Shown piece after piece: positions 38,701 through 51,029 of a DNA stretch of 64,000 bases. Source of the DNA: Mobula hypostoma (taxonomy: Eukaryota); assembly GCF_963921235.1 (NCBI RefSeq), contig NC_086108.1:117306001-117370000 (forward strand), read 5' to 3'. The position numbers and the translations under genes were made by a program. Every line of letters starts with the position of its first letter. Position 1 is the first letter of the stretch. A model generated the notes under the pieces. It was not told the DNA's origin, searched no databases, and saw only the letters and a program-made list of their open reading frames with translations.

Positions 38701-39397
38701 CGGGCCTGATTGAATTTTTTGAAGATGTGACTGAACACATTGATGAAGGTAGAGCAGTAGGTGTAGTGTATATGGATTTCAGCAAGGCATTTGATAAGGT
38801 ACCCCATGCAAGGCTTATTGAGAAAGTAAGGAGGCATGGGATCCAAGGGACCTTGCATATATATAGGACCCTGGTCAGACCCCACTTGGAGTACTGTGCT
38901 CAGTTCTGGTCGCCTCACTATAGGAAGGATGTGGAAACCATAGAAAGGGTGCAGAGGAGATTTACAAGGATGTTGCCTGGATTGGGGAGCATGCCTTATG
39001 AGAATAGGTTGAGTGAACTCAGCCTTTTCTCCTTGGAGCGGCTGAGGATGAGAGGGGACCTGATAGAGGTGTATAAGGTGATGAGAGCCATTGAACGTGT
39101 GCGTAGTCAGAAGCTTTTTCCCAGGGTTGAAATGGCTAACACAAGAGAGGTACAGAGGAGATGTCAGGTGTAAGTGTTTTTTTACGCAGAGAGTGGTCAG
39201 TGAGTGGAATGGGCTGCCGGCGACGGTGGTGGAGGTGGATAATTTTAAGAGACTCCTGGGATAGGTACATGGAACTTAGAAAAATAGAGGGCTATGGGTA
39301 ACCCTAGGTAATTTCTAAAGTAAGTAAATGTTCGGCACAGCATAGTGGGCCGAATGGCCTGTGTTGTGCTGTAGGTTTTCTATGTTTTCATGTTTCT
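35765..39397 (+). mobile_element. CR1 ORF2 (APE+RT), nested, interrupted by a Rex1-type LINE and carrying an internal RT deletion at ~38850
   Basis: Same subfamily as 13230-17375; translation jumps from RRHGIQG to YRTLVRPH, skipping the PQGSVLG/FADDT core. Confidence 0.9.
36889..38229 (-). mobile_element. Rex1/Babar-type LINE, 5'-truncated (RT + 3' UTR)
   Basis: ORF 37205-38338: [46 protein letters not shown]; (ttcaaga)n tail at 36888-36920. Confidence 0.9.
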
Positions 39398-39896
39398 AAA
39401 AGTGTGGATAAAGATAAAGAAAAACAAAAGATTAAAAAAGAGAACTGTAAGAGTAGAGTGAAGAAAAGTAAAATGCAAAAGAGAAAAAGATTACAGGATT
39501 TTAAAAGCAGATGAGTGTAAGAGCACTTGATTTGAATGCCCGTCATGTTCGAAATAAGGTCAGTGAACTTGTGGCTCAAATCAGTACAAAGAGGTATGAT
39601 TTTGTCGCCATTACAGAGACGTGGTTGCAGGGTGGAGAGGATTGGGAATTAAATACCCAAGGATATCAGGTAATACGGAAGGATAGGCAGGAAGGTAAGG
39701 GAGGTGGATAGCACTCTTAATTAAAGATGTTATCAGGGTGATCGTGAGAGATGGTCTAAGATCTAAGGAGCAGAATATTAAATCCATCTGGGTAGGGATT
39801 AAGAATATTAAAGGGAAAATATCACTGGTGGGAGTTGTCTATCGGCCACCAAATAATAAATTACAGTGGCACAGGCAATAAACAGAGAAATATCTG

Positions 39897-41376
39897 GGGT
39901 ATGGAACCGGAGGAAATAGCAGAGGTACTTAATGAATACTGTACTTCAGTATTCACTATGGAAAAGGATCTTGGTGATTGTAGTGATGACTTGCAGCAGA
40001 CGGAAAAGTTTGAGCATGTAGATATTAAGAAAGAAGATGTACTGGAGCTTTTGGAAAGCATCAAGTTGGATAAATCACCGGGACCGGATGAGATGTACCC
40101 CAGGCTACTGTGGGAGGTGAGAGAGGAGATTGCTGAGCCTCTGGCGATGATCTTTGCAGCATTAATGGGAATGGGAGAGGTACCAGAGGATTGGAGGGTT
40201 GCGGATGTTGTTCCTTTATTCAAGAAAGGGAGTAGAGATAGCCCACAAAATTATAGACAAGTGAGTCTTACCTCAGCGGTTGGTAAGTTCTTGGATAAGA
40301 TCCTGAGAGGCAGGATTTATGAACATTTGGAGAGGTATAATATGATTAGGAGTAGTCAGCATGGCTTTGTCAAGGGCAGGTTGTGCCTCACAAGCCTGAT
40401 TGAATTTTTTGTGGATGTGACTAAACACATTGATGAAGGAAGAGCAGTAAATGTAGTGTATATGGATTTCAGCACGGCATTTGATAAGGTACCCCATTAC
40501 AAGGCTTATTGAGAAAGTAAGCAGGCATAGGATCCAAGGGGACATAGCTTTGTGGATCCAGAACTGGCTTGCCCACAGAAGGCAAAGAGTGGTTGTAGAT
40601 GGAGCATATTCTGCATGGAGGTCGGTGACCAGTGGTGTGCCTCAGGGATCTGTTCTGGGACCCCTACTCTTCATGATTTTTATAAATGACCTAGATAAGG
40701 AAGTGGAGGGATGGGTTAGTAACTTTGCTGATGACACAAAGGTTGGGGATGTTGTGGACAGTGTGGAGGGCTGTCAAAGGTTACACCGGGACATTGACAG
40801 GATGCAAAACTGGGCTGAGAAGCGGCAGATGGAGTTCAACCCAGATAAGTGTGAAGTGGTTCATTTTGGTGGGTCAAATATGATGGCAGAATATAGTATT
40901 AATAGTTACACTCTTGGCAGTGTAGAGGATCAGAGGGATCTTGGGGTCCGAGTCCATAGAACACTCAGAGCAGCTGCGCAGGTTGACTCTGTGGTTAAGA
41001 AGGCGTACGGTGTATTGGCCTTCATCGATCGTGGGATTGAAATTAGGAGCTGAGAGGTAATGTTGCAGCTATATAGGACCCCGGTCAGACCCCAATTGGA
41101 GTACTGTGCTCAGTCTGGTCGCCTCACTACAGGAAGGATATGGAAACCATAGAAAGGGTGAAGAGGAGATTTACAAGGATTGAGGAGCATGCCTTATGAC
41201 AACGGGTTGAGTGAATTCAGCCTTTTCTCCTTGGAGCGACTGAGGATGAGAGGTGACTTGATAGAGGTGTATAAGATGATGAGAGGCATTGATCGTGTGG
41301 ATAGTCAGAGGCTTTTTCCCAGGGCTGAAATGTTTGCCACAAGAGGACACAAGTTTAAGGCGCTGGGGAGTAGGTA
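39897..41376 (+). mobile_element. CR1 ORF2 fragment (RT), truncated at both ends
   Basis: ORFs 39835-40512, 40481-41053 and 41180-41377 carry RT motifs; same subfamily as 13230-17375. Confidence 0.92.
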
Positions 41377-41389
41377 AAATAAATATATA

Positions 41390-41529
41390 AAGGCATCCGT
41401 TAGTCTTGCGAGACCATGGATCTGCACCTGGAAAGTCTTCACTCTCCAGGGCGCAGGCCTGGGCAAGGTTGTATGGAAGACCAGCAGTTGCCCATGCTTC
41501 AAGTCTCCCCTCTCCACGCCACTGATGTC
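41390..41529 (-). mobile_element. 3' part of the same SINE family as 16952-17238
   Basis: aggcatccgttagtct..ggcctgggcaaggttgt..caagtctcccctctccacg is shared with the other copy. Confidence 0.8.
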
Positions 41530-43743
41530 TGAACCATTTTTCCTCTCAGCCCCAATCTCCTGCCTTCCCCCCTGTATCCCTTCATGCCCTGACCAATCAA
41601 GAATCTGCCGGCCTGTGCCTTAAATATACCCAGTGATGCCCTCCACAGCCATCTGCAGCAACAAATTTCACAGATTAACCATACTTTACCTAAAGAAATT
41701 CCTCCTCATCTTCATTCTAAAAGGACACCCCTCTATTCTGAAGTGGTATCCTCTGATCTTAGATTCTCCCACTTTAGGAAACACCCTCTCCACATCCACT
41801 CTATCAAGGCCTTTCACCCCTCATTCTTCTGAATTCCAGTGAATAGAGGCTAAGAAACATCAAATGCTCTTCATATGACAAACCATTCAATCCTGGTATC
41901 ATTTTTGTGAACCTCCTTTGAACTCACTCCAGTTTCAACACATCCTTTCTAAGATAAGGGACCCAAAACTGCTCATAATACTGTTAGGTGAGGCCTCACC
42001 AGTGCTTTATAAAGCCTCAACATTACGTCCTTACTTTTATATTATAGTCCTCTTGAAATGAATGCTAACATCACATTTAGTTTCCTTACCACAGACTCAA
42101 CCTACAAGTTAACCTTTAAGGAATCCTGCACAAAGACTCCCAAGTCCTTTTGTACCTCAGGTTTTTGAATTCTGTCTCCAATTACAAAATAGTCTTTGCT
42201 TTTATTTCTCCTACTAAAGTACATGACCATACACTTCCTGACATTTGTAATTCCATCAGCCACATCTTTGGCCATTTTTCAATACTACGTCCTTCTGTAG
42301 CCTCTCTACTTCCTCAAAACTACCTGCCCCTCCACTTACTTTGGCCACAAACCATCAATTATGTCTTCCAAATCATTGACATATAACGTAAAAATAAATG
42401 GTCCCAGCACAAACCCCTGTGGAACACCACCAGTCACCAGCAGCCAACCAGAAGAGGCTCCCTTTATTCCCACTCATTGCTTCCTGCCAATCAGCCACTG
42501 CTCTATCCATGCTGCAATCTTTCCTGTAATACCATGAGCTCTTAACTTGTTAAGCGGCCTCATGTGTGGCACCTTGTCAAAGGCCTTCTAAAAATCCAAA
42601 TGCACAACATAAACTGCTTCTCCTTTGTCTATCCTTCTTGTTATTTCTTCAAAGAATTTCAACAAATTTGTCTGGCAAGTTTTTCCCTTGAAGAGACTGT
42701 GCTGATTAACACCTATGTTATCATGTGCTTCCAAGTATCCCAAAACAACATCCTTAACAATTGACTCCAACATATCTCTACCACTGAGATCAGACTAAAT
42801 GGCCTATTAATTTCCTTTCTTCTGCCTCTCTCCCTTCTTGAAGAGTGGGGTGATATTTGCAATTTTCCAGTCCTCCGGAACCATTCCAGGATCATTGTTA
42901 ATGCCTCCATGATATTCTCAGCCACCTCTTTCAGAACTTTGGGGTGTGTACTATGTGGTCTTATCTACCTTCAACCATTCTGTTTCCCAAGAATGTGCTC
43001 CGTAGTATTGCTAACTTCACACACCTCTGCCTCCTGACACTCTCGAATTTCCAGTATACTGCTAGTATCTTCCACAGTGAAGAGTGATGCAAAATACTTA
43101 TTCAGTTCATCCGCTATTTCCTTGTCCCCATTACTACCTCTGCAGCATCATTTTCCAGCGGTCTGATATCTACTCTCACTTCTCTTTGTACTTTATATAT
43201 CTGAAGAAACTTTTGGAATCCTGTTTAATATTATTGGCTAGCTTACCTTCGTATTCCATCTTTAGCTTCTTAATGACTTATTTTAGTTGCCTTCTGTTGG
43301 TTTTTAAAAGACTCCCAATCATCTACCTTCCCACTAAATTTTAATCTGTTATCATGTTTAAGTTCTTATGCCCACTCTTGGCCCTTTATGTTAGCTTTGA
43401 CTTTTATGTCAGCCACAGTTGTGTTATCCTGTCTTTAGAATACTTCTTCCTGTTCAGGATGTTTATATCCTGCACCTTCTGAATTGCTCCCAGAAATTCT
43501 AACCACTACTGCTCTGCCATCATTCCTGTCAGTGTTCTTTTCCAATCAATTCCGGCCAACTCCTCTTTCATACCTCTGTAATTCCCTTTACTCCACTGTA
43601 ATACGTCTGACTTTAGCTACTCCTTCTCAAACTTCAGGGTGAATTCAATTATATTGTGATCACTGACCCCTCAGGGCTCCTTTGCCTTAAGCTCTCTAAA
43701 CAATTCTGGTTCATTGCACTCAATCCAGAATTGCTGATCCCCT

Positions 43744-45418
43744 CAAAGCTCTCAAAGGTCTCAAAGCTCCACGCTTCTTTTTGGATTCCAGACCTAATCA
43801 GTTCCCCTCTACCACCACTCTGCTCTGTCTAGCGGAATTAGTCCTTACTCCTAATAATTTCTCCTTTGGCTCCTCCCACTTCCTCCAAACGAAAGGTGTA
43901 GCTATGGGCACCCGTATGGGTCCTAGCTATGCTTGTCTTTTTGTTGGCTTTGTGGAACAATCTATGTTCCATACCTATTCTGGTATCTGTCCCCCACTTT
44001 TCCTTCGCTACATCGACGACTGTATTGGCGCTGCTTCCTGCACGCATGCTGAGCTCGTTGACTTTATTAACTTTGCCTCCAACTTTCACCCTGCCCTCAA
44101 GTTTACCTGGTCCATTTCCAACACCTCTCCCCCCTTTCTAGATCTTTCTGTCTCTGTCTCTGGAGACAGCTTATCCTACTGACTCTCACAGCTATCTGGA
44201 CTATTCCTCTTCTCACCCTGTCTCTTGCAAAAACGCCATCCCCTTCTCGCAATTCCTCCGTCTCCGCCGCATCTGCTCTCAGGATGAGGCTTTTCATTCT
44301 AGGACGAGGGAGATGTCTTCCTTTTTTAAAGAAAGGGGCTTCCCTTCCTCCACTATCAACTCTGCTCTTAAACGCATCTCCCCCATTTCACGTACATCTG
44401 CTCTCACTCCATCCTCCCACCACCCCACTAGGAATAGGGTTCCCCTGGTCCTCACCTACCACCCCACCAGCCTCCGGGTCCAACATATTATTCTCCGTGA
44501 CTTCCACCACCTCCAACGGGATCCCCCCACTAAGCACATCTGCAGGGATCGCTCCCTACGCAACTCCCTCGTCCATTCGTCCCCCCCATCCCTCCCCACT
44601 GATCTCCCTCCTGGCACTTATCTGTGTAAGTGGAACAAGTGCTACACATGCCCTTACACTTCCTCCCTTACCACCATTCAGGACCCCAGACAGTCCTTCC
44701 AGGTGAGGCGACACTTCTCCTGTGAGTCAGCTGGGGTGATATACTGGGTCCGGTGCTCCCGATGTGGTCTTTTATATATTGGCGAGACCCGACGCAGACT
44801 GGGAGACCGCTTTGCTGAACACTGCGCTCTGTCCGCCAGAGAAAGCAGGATCTCCCAGTGGCCGTACATTTTAATTTCACATCCCATTCCCATTCTGACA
44901 TGTCTATCCACGGCCTCCTCTACTGTAAAGATGAAGCCACACTCAGGTTGGAGGAACAACACCTTATATTGCGTCTGGGTAGCCTCCAACCTGATGGCAT
45001 GAACATCGACTTCTCTAACTTCCGCTAATGCCCTACCTCCCCCTCGTACCCCATCTGTTACTTATTTTTATACACACATTCTTTCTCTCACTCTCCTTTT
45101 TCTCCCTCTGTCCCTCTGAATATACCCCTTGCCCATCCTCTGGGTCCCCCCCCACCCTTGTCTTTCTTCCCGGACCTCCTGTCCCATGATCCTCTCGTAT
45201 CCCTTTTGCCTATCACCTGTCCAGCTCTTGGCTCCATCCCTCCCCCTCCTGTCTTCTCCTATCATTTTGGATCTCCCCCTCCCCCTCCAACTTTCAAATC
45301 TCTTACTCACTCTTCCTTCAGTTAGTCCTGACGAAGGGTCTCGGCCTGAAACGTCGACTGTACCTCTTCCTAGAGATGCTGCCTGGCCTGCTGCGTTCAC
45401 CAGCAACTTTTATGTGTG
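43744..45418 (+). mobile_element. Penelope-like retroelement (RT C-terminal half + Cys linker + GIY-YIG endonuclease + pseudo-LTR), 5'-truncated, frameshifted
   Basis: GVAMGTRMGPSYACLF, FLRYIDD, PFLDL, CKWNKCYTC and VIYWVRCSRCGLLYIGETRRRLGDRFAEH; 13-bp TSD ttgctRatcccct (43731-43743 / 45419-45431). Confidence 0.93.
45324..45359 (+). ncRNA. Minimal type I hammerhead ribozyme in the Penelope pseudo-LTR
   Basis: AGTC-CTGACGA-AGG gtctcg CCT-GAAA-CG-TC-GACT: intact CUGANGA/GAAA/UH core, stem I AGUC:GACU, 3-bp stem II, palindromic ACGU stem III. Confidence 0.8.
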
Positions 45419-46610
45419 TTGCTAATCCCCTACTGGGTTTAACTGTGAGCTGTGAGCTGCTCTAAAAAGCCATCTCGTAGGCACTCTAGAAATTCACCCT
45501 CCTGTAATTCAGCACCAGCCTAATGTTCCCAATCTACCTGCATATTGAAGTCCCCCATGACTATTGTAACATTGCCCTTTTGGCACGTCTATCTCCCATT
45601 GTAATTTGTAGACCACATCTATATTACTGTTTGAGGAGTCTATATATAACTCCCATCAGGGTCTTTTTTGTCTTGCATTTCCTTAGCTCTACCCACAACG
45701 ATGTAATGCCTTCTGATCCCATGTCACCGCTTTCTAATAATTTGATTTCAAATTTTACCAGCAGAGCCACACCAACCTCTCTACCTTTTGATACAATGTG
45801 CATCCTGAGATGTTAAACTCACCAGTTATAATCTTCTTTCAGCCATGATTCAGTGCTGCCCACAGCATCATAACCAATCTATCTACAAGTTCATCTACCT
45901 TATCCTGTTTACTGTGCGTATTCAAATGTAACACCTTCAGTCCTGCATTCACCCTTTTCAATTTTGTCTGCCTTTTACATTGTAACTCATACTTTTGACT
46001 ACAATTTTATGCCACCATCAACCTCTCGTTAGCAGTCTCACACACTATTCTCAACACTATCACTCTTGTTCCCAATCCTCTGCCAAATTAGTGTAGTTTA
46101 AACCCTCCCAAACAACTGCAGCAAATCTGACCACAAGGATATTGAGTCAGGTTCAGGTGTAACCCGTCCTTTTTGTACATATCATACCTACCTCAGAAGA
46201 GATCGCAATGATCCATAAATCTGAACCCCTGCTCCCTACACCAGTTCCTCAGCCACACATTCATCTGCCATATCATCCTCTTCTTCCTCTCGTTGGCGTG
46301 TAGCACAGGCAGCAATCCAGAGATTACTACCCGGGAGGTCCTGTTTTTCAGCTTTCTAGCTAGCTCCCTAAATTCTCTCTTCGGGACCTCATCATCTTTA
46401 TACCTCTCTCAAGCTCATTATCCTGGCAGAATTATTGTGGAATATGATTGTTCCATCAGCTAGCATTCTCTTGATAGGCTAAATGGTCTGTTTTTTAAGA
46501 GGTGAGGATATACGGTAAATTCTCAACTCTCCCTGAACATTCTCCACCGTCCTTTCCAATGTGGAAAATTCACACTGGGAATGAAAAATAGTTAACAGAA
46601 ACATTTTAAT

Positions 46611-46935
46611 GCTTGGAGTGGTGCAGTGGAGAGAAACACTGTCCCTGCATTAGTGTTCTGGTTCAATCCTGATCTCCAGTGCTGTCTATGTGGAGTTGGC
46701 ACGTTTTCCCTGTGACCGCGTGGGCTTCCCCTGGATGCTATAGTTCCCTCCCACATCCCAAAGACGTGCGGGTCGGCAGGTTAATTGTACACGGTAAATT
46801 GTGAGGGGTGCAATCTGGGGGGAATTGATGGGAATGTGGGAAGAATAAAATGGGATCGGTGTAGGATTGGTATCAGTAGGTGACTGAGGGTCAGCACGGA
46901 CTCAATTGGCTGAAAAGCTGAGGAACTATGAGTCT
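46611..46935 (+). mobile_element. HE1/V-SINE-like tRNA-derived SINE
   Basis: Degenerate A box (tggtgcagtgg) and B box (ggttcaatcc), then tgtggagttggcacgttttccctgtgaccgcgtggg..cccacatcccaaagacgtgcggg; (ctatgag)-like tail. Confidence 0.8.
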
Positions 46936-47337
46936 ATGAGACTCAGTTTAACTTAAAGAAAGTCTGCTTTTGATCTCTTGATTTTTGTTTAATTCATATT
47001 GCAACCAGGATAGGAGCAGGAGGTCACAACAGGAGAGAGAAATTTGCAGTGGAAAATGCATAGATTGCTGAAAGTGGCAGGAGGAATGTCAAGAAAGAGA
47101 GCAGGATGAGAGAGAGCGAGAGAAACACACACAGAAAAGGAGAGGAAAGAGGGGCCAAGACACCAGTAAAGAGGAAAAGAGTATCACATGGGTAGAGAAG
47201 CAGCATTCAGTAAACATGAACAGACAGCCACAGAGAACAGATACAGATGGTTGATGAGGTGATAATATGACAAATGTGAGGGGTTAAACAGGGAACAGTT
47301 ACTGCACTGTGCTGCCAGTTATTGGCCAACCAGCTGA

Positions 47338-47529
<192 letters not shown>

Positions 47530-47604
47530 TGATCTTGTGTGGCAGACGGAGATTTTCATAACGGTGCTCATTGCAGTATTGATATGGTTCCAAATTCCTA
47601 AAGT

Positions 47605-48260
47605 CAGACAGCTCAGAACCAGGCCCTTCGACCTAACCAAGCATCTATGCCGACCAAGTTACCTACCTGAGCCTGTCCCATCTAAATGCATTTGCCCATT
47701 CCCCTTACCTTTCCAATCCAGGTACCTGCCAAAGTGTCTTTTATTATTGAAGTAGAATTGTTATTGCACCTACCTCTAGCAGCTCATTCCACATATCCAT
47801 CACCCTCTTGGAGCAAAATCTGGCCCTTGGCTCCCCTTTAAACTATTCCCCTCTCACCTTATACCCATTGCCCCTAGTTTTAAACTTCCCTACCCTGGGA
47901 AAAGACTGTGATTTTCTGCCATGTCTATGCACCTGTCAATAAAACATGTGAGCAGTTTGTCAATAAAACATGTGAAAGTCATTTTATGTTCTTAACAAAA
48001 GCTGCAGCCCTTTACAAACAGACCAAAAGCCATCACCTTACACTGCTGTTGTTATGTCAGACACCATCTCTTTAAAAAAACACAACTCTTTTACGGTGTG
48101 GGTGAATTATGTAGAACACTTTCTATTTTGAACAATTTGTGTCATCTGTCACCCATTGCATTACTGTACATACCTCATAACTTTATAAACCTCTATAAGT
48201 TCACTCCTCAGCCTCCTATGTCTCAGGGAAAACGTCCCTTCCTGTGCCGTCTATCATCTA
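47605..48260 (-). mobile_element. Old CR1 3' fragment split by an unclassified insert (47934-48170)
   Basis: caggcccttcgacc, cagctcattccacata and ctttataaacctctataag are reverse-complement CR1 3' motifs. Confidence 0.65.
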
Positions 48261-48271
48261 TCAGGAAAACA

Positions 48272-50600
48272 ACAAGGCTTATTGAGAAAGTAAGGAGGCA
48301 TGGGATCCAAGGGGACTTTGCTTTGTGGATCCAGAACTGGCTTGCCCACAGAAGGCAAAGAGTGGTTGTAGATGGGTCATATTCTGCATGGAGGCCAGTG
48401 ACCAGTGGAGTGCCTCAAGGATCTGTTCTGGAACCCTTACTTTTCGTGATTTTTGTAAATGACCTGGATGAGGAAGTGGAGGGATGGGTTAGTAAGTTTG
48501 CTGACGACACAAAGTTGGGGGTGTTTTGGATAGTATGGAGGGCTGTCCGAGGTTACAGCGGAACATTCATAGGATGCAAAACTTGGGCTGAGAAATGGCA
48601 GATGGAGTTCAACCCAGATAAGTGTGAAGTGGTTCATTTTGGTAGGTCAAATATGATGGCAAAATATAGTATTAATGGTAAGACTCTTGGCAGTGTGGAG
48701 GATCAGAGGGATCTTGGGGTCCGAGTCCATAGGTTGCTCAAAGCAGCTGTGCAGGTTGACTCTGTGGTTAAGAAGGCATACGGTGTATTAATTGTGGAAT
48801 TGAATTTAGGAGCCAAGAGGTAATGTTGCAACTATATCGTGTCTAACAAGCCTGATAGAGTTCTTTGAGGAGGTGACCAGGCATATAGATGAGGGTAGTG
48901 CAGTGGATGTGATCTATATGGATTTTAGTAAGGCATTTGACAAGGTTCCACACAGTAGGCTTATTCAGAAAGTTAGAAGGCATGGGATCCAGGGAAGTTT
49001 GGCCAGGTTGATTCAGAATTGGCTTGCCTGCAGAAGGCAGAGGGTGGTGGTGGAGGGAGTACATTCAGATTGGAGGATTGTGACTAGTGGTGTCCCACAA
49101 GGATCTGTTCTGGGACCTCTACTTTTCATGATTTTTATTAACGACCTGGATGTGGGGGTAGAAGGGTGGGTGGGCAAGTTTCAGACGACACAAAGGTTGG
49201 TGGTGTTGTAGATAGTGTAGAGGATTGTCAAAGATTGCAGAGAGACATTGATAGGATGCAGAAGTGGGCTGAAAAGTGGCAGATGGAGTTCAACCCGGAG
49301 AAGTGTGAGGTGGTACACTTTGGAAGGACAAACTCCAAGGCAGAGTACAAAGTAAATGGCAGGATACTTGGTAGTGTGGAGGAGCAGAGGGATCTCGGGA
49401 TACATGTCCACAGATCCCTGAAAGTTGCCTCACAGGTGGATAGGGTAGTTAAGAAAGCTTATGGGGTGTTAGCTTTCCTAAGTCGAGGGATAGAGTTTAA
49501 GAGTCGCGATGTAATGATGCAGCTCTATAAAACTCTGGTTAGGCCACACTTGGAGTACAGTGTCCATTTCTGGTCGCCTCACTATAGGAAGGATGTGGAA
49601 GCATTGGAAAGGGTACAGAGGAGATTTACCAGGATGCTGCCTGGTTTAGAAAGTATGCATTATGATCAGAGATTAAGGGAGCTAGGGCTTTACTCTTTGG
49701 AGAGAAGGAGGATGAGAAGAGACATGATAGAGGTGTACAAGATAATAAGAGGAATAGATAGAGTGGATAGCCAGCGCCTCTTCCCCAGGGCACCACTGCT
49801 CAATACAAGAGGACATGGCTTTAAGGTGAGGGGTGGGAAGTTCAAGGGGGATATTAGAGGAAGGTTTTTTACTCAGAGAGTGGTTGGTGCGTGGAATGCA
49901 CTGCCTGAGTCAGTGGTGGAGGCAGATACACTAGTGAAGTTAAAGAGACTACTAGACAGGTATATGGAGAAATTTAAGGTGGGGGCTTATATGTGAGGCA
50001 GGGTTTGAGGGTTGGCACAACATTGTGGGCCGAAGGGCCTGTACTGTGCTGTACTATTCTATATAGGACCCTAGTCAGACCACACTTGGGAGTACCGTGC
50101 TCAGTTCTGGTGGCCTCACTACAGGAAGGATGTGGAAACCATAGAAAGAGTGCAGAGGAGATTTACAAGGATGTTGCCTGGATTGGGGAGCATGCCTTAT
50201 GAGAATAGGTTGAGTGAACTCGGCCTTTTCTCCTTGGAGCGATGGAGGATAAGAGGTGGCTTGGTAGAGGTGTATAAGATGATGAGAGGCATTGATCGTG
50301 TGGATAGTCAGAGGCTTTTCCCCAGGGCTGAAGTGGTTGCCACAAGAGGACACAGGTTTAAGGTGCTGGGGAGTAGGTACAGAGGAGATGTCAGGGGTAA
50401 GTTTTTTACACAGAGAGTGGTGAGTGTGTGGAATGGGCTGCCGGCGACAGTGGTGGAAGCAGATACAATAGGGTCTTTTAAGAGACTTTTGGATAGGTAC
50501 ATGGAGTTTAGAAAAATAGAGGGCTATGGGTAAGCCTAGTAATTTCTAAGGTAGGGACATGTTCGGCACAACTTTGTGCTGGAGGTTTTCTATGCTTCTA
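48272..50600 (+). mobile_element. CR1 RT/3' fragment (host of the 48838-50058 insertion)
   Basis: [20 protein letters not shown]; gttgcaactatat|aggaccctagtcagacc is contiguous once the insert is removed. Confidence 0.9.
48838..50058 (+). mobile_element. Young 5'-truncated CR1 nested in another CR1, 6-bp TSD
   Basis: TSD ctatat at 48832-48837 / 50059-50064; nearly identical to 6961-8168. Confidence 0.93.
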
Positions 50601-51020
50601 AGTTTATTATCATTCAACCATACACATGTACAGTACACTACCAAACAAAACATTCTTCCAGACCAAGGTGCACAACACAGTACAGATAGCACACACAACA
50701 CATAGAATAATATTACCACAAGTAAATCAACAAATAACAGGGTACATTTATGGCACAAGTTTAAAAGTAAAAAGTAGAACACAACTGTACTTCATACATG
50801 ATGAGACCTGGATGTGACAGGGAGTTCATCCACACAGACTGTTGTCGCAGGAAAGCAGCATTCTTCGTCAGGGGCCCCCACCACATCCACCATCCTGCCT
50901 ATGCTCTCTTCTCATTGCTGCCATCAGGAAGAAGGTACAGGAGCATCAGGACTCACAGCACCAGGTTCAAGAACAGTTATTACCCTTCAACCATCAGACT
51001 CTTGAACCAGAGAGGATAAC
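50600..51020. mobile_element. Rex1/Babar-type LINE scraps (minus-strand 3' UTR ~50600-50820; plus-strand C-terminal fragment ~50830-51020)
   Basis: HPAYALFSLLPSGRRYRSIRTHSTRFKNSYYPSTIRLLN in ORF 50798-51019. Confidence 0.65.
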
Positions 51021-51029
51021 TTCGCTCAA

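Larger units (their letters stand above)
41530..46400 (-). mobile_element. Old long CR1 (ORF2 + ORF1 3' part), interrupted by a Penelope-like element
   Basis: Degenerate minus-strand RT (LESIVKD..HLDF), APE and ORF1 remnants; contiguous across the 43744-45418 insert. Confidence 0.85.
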
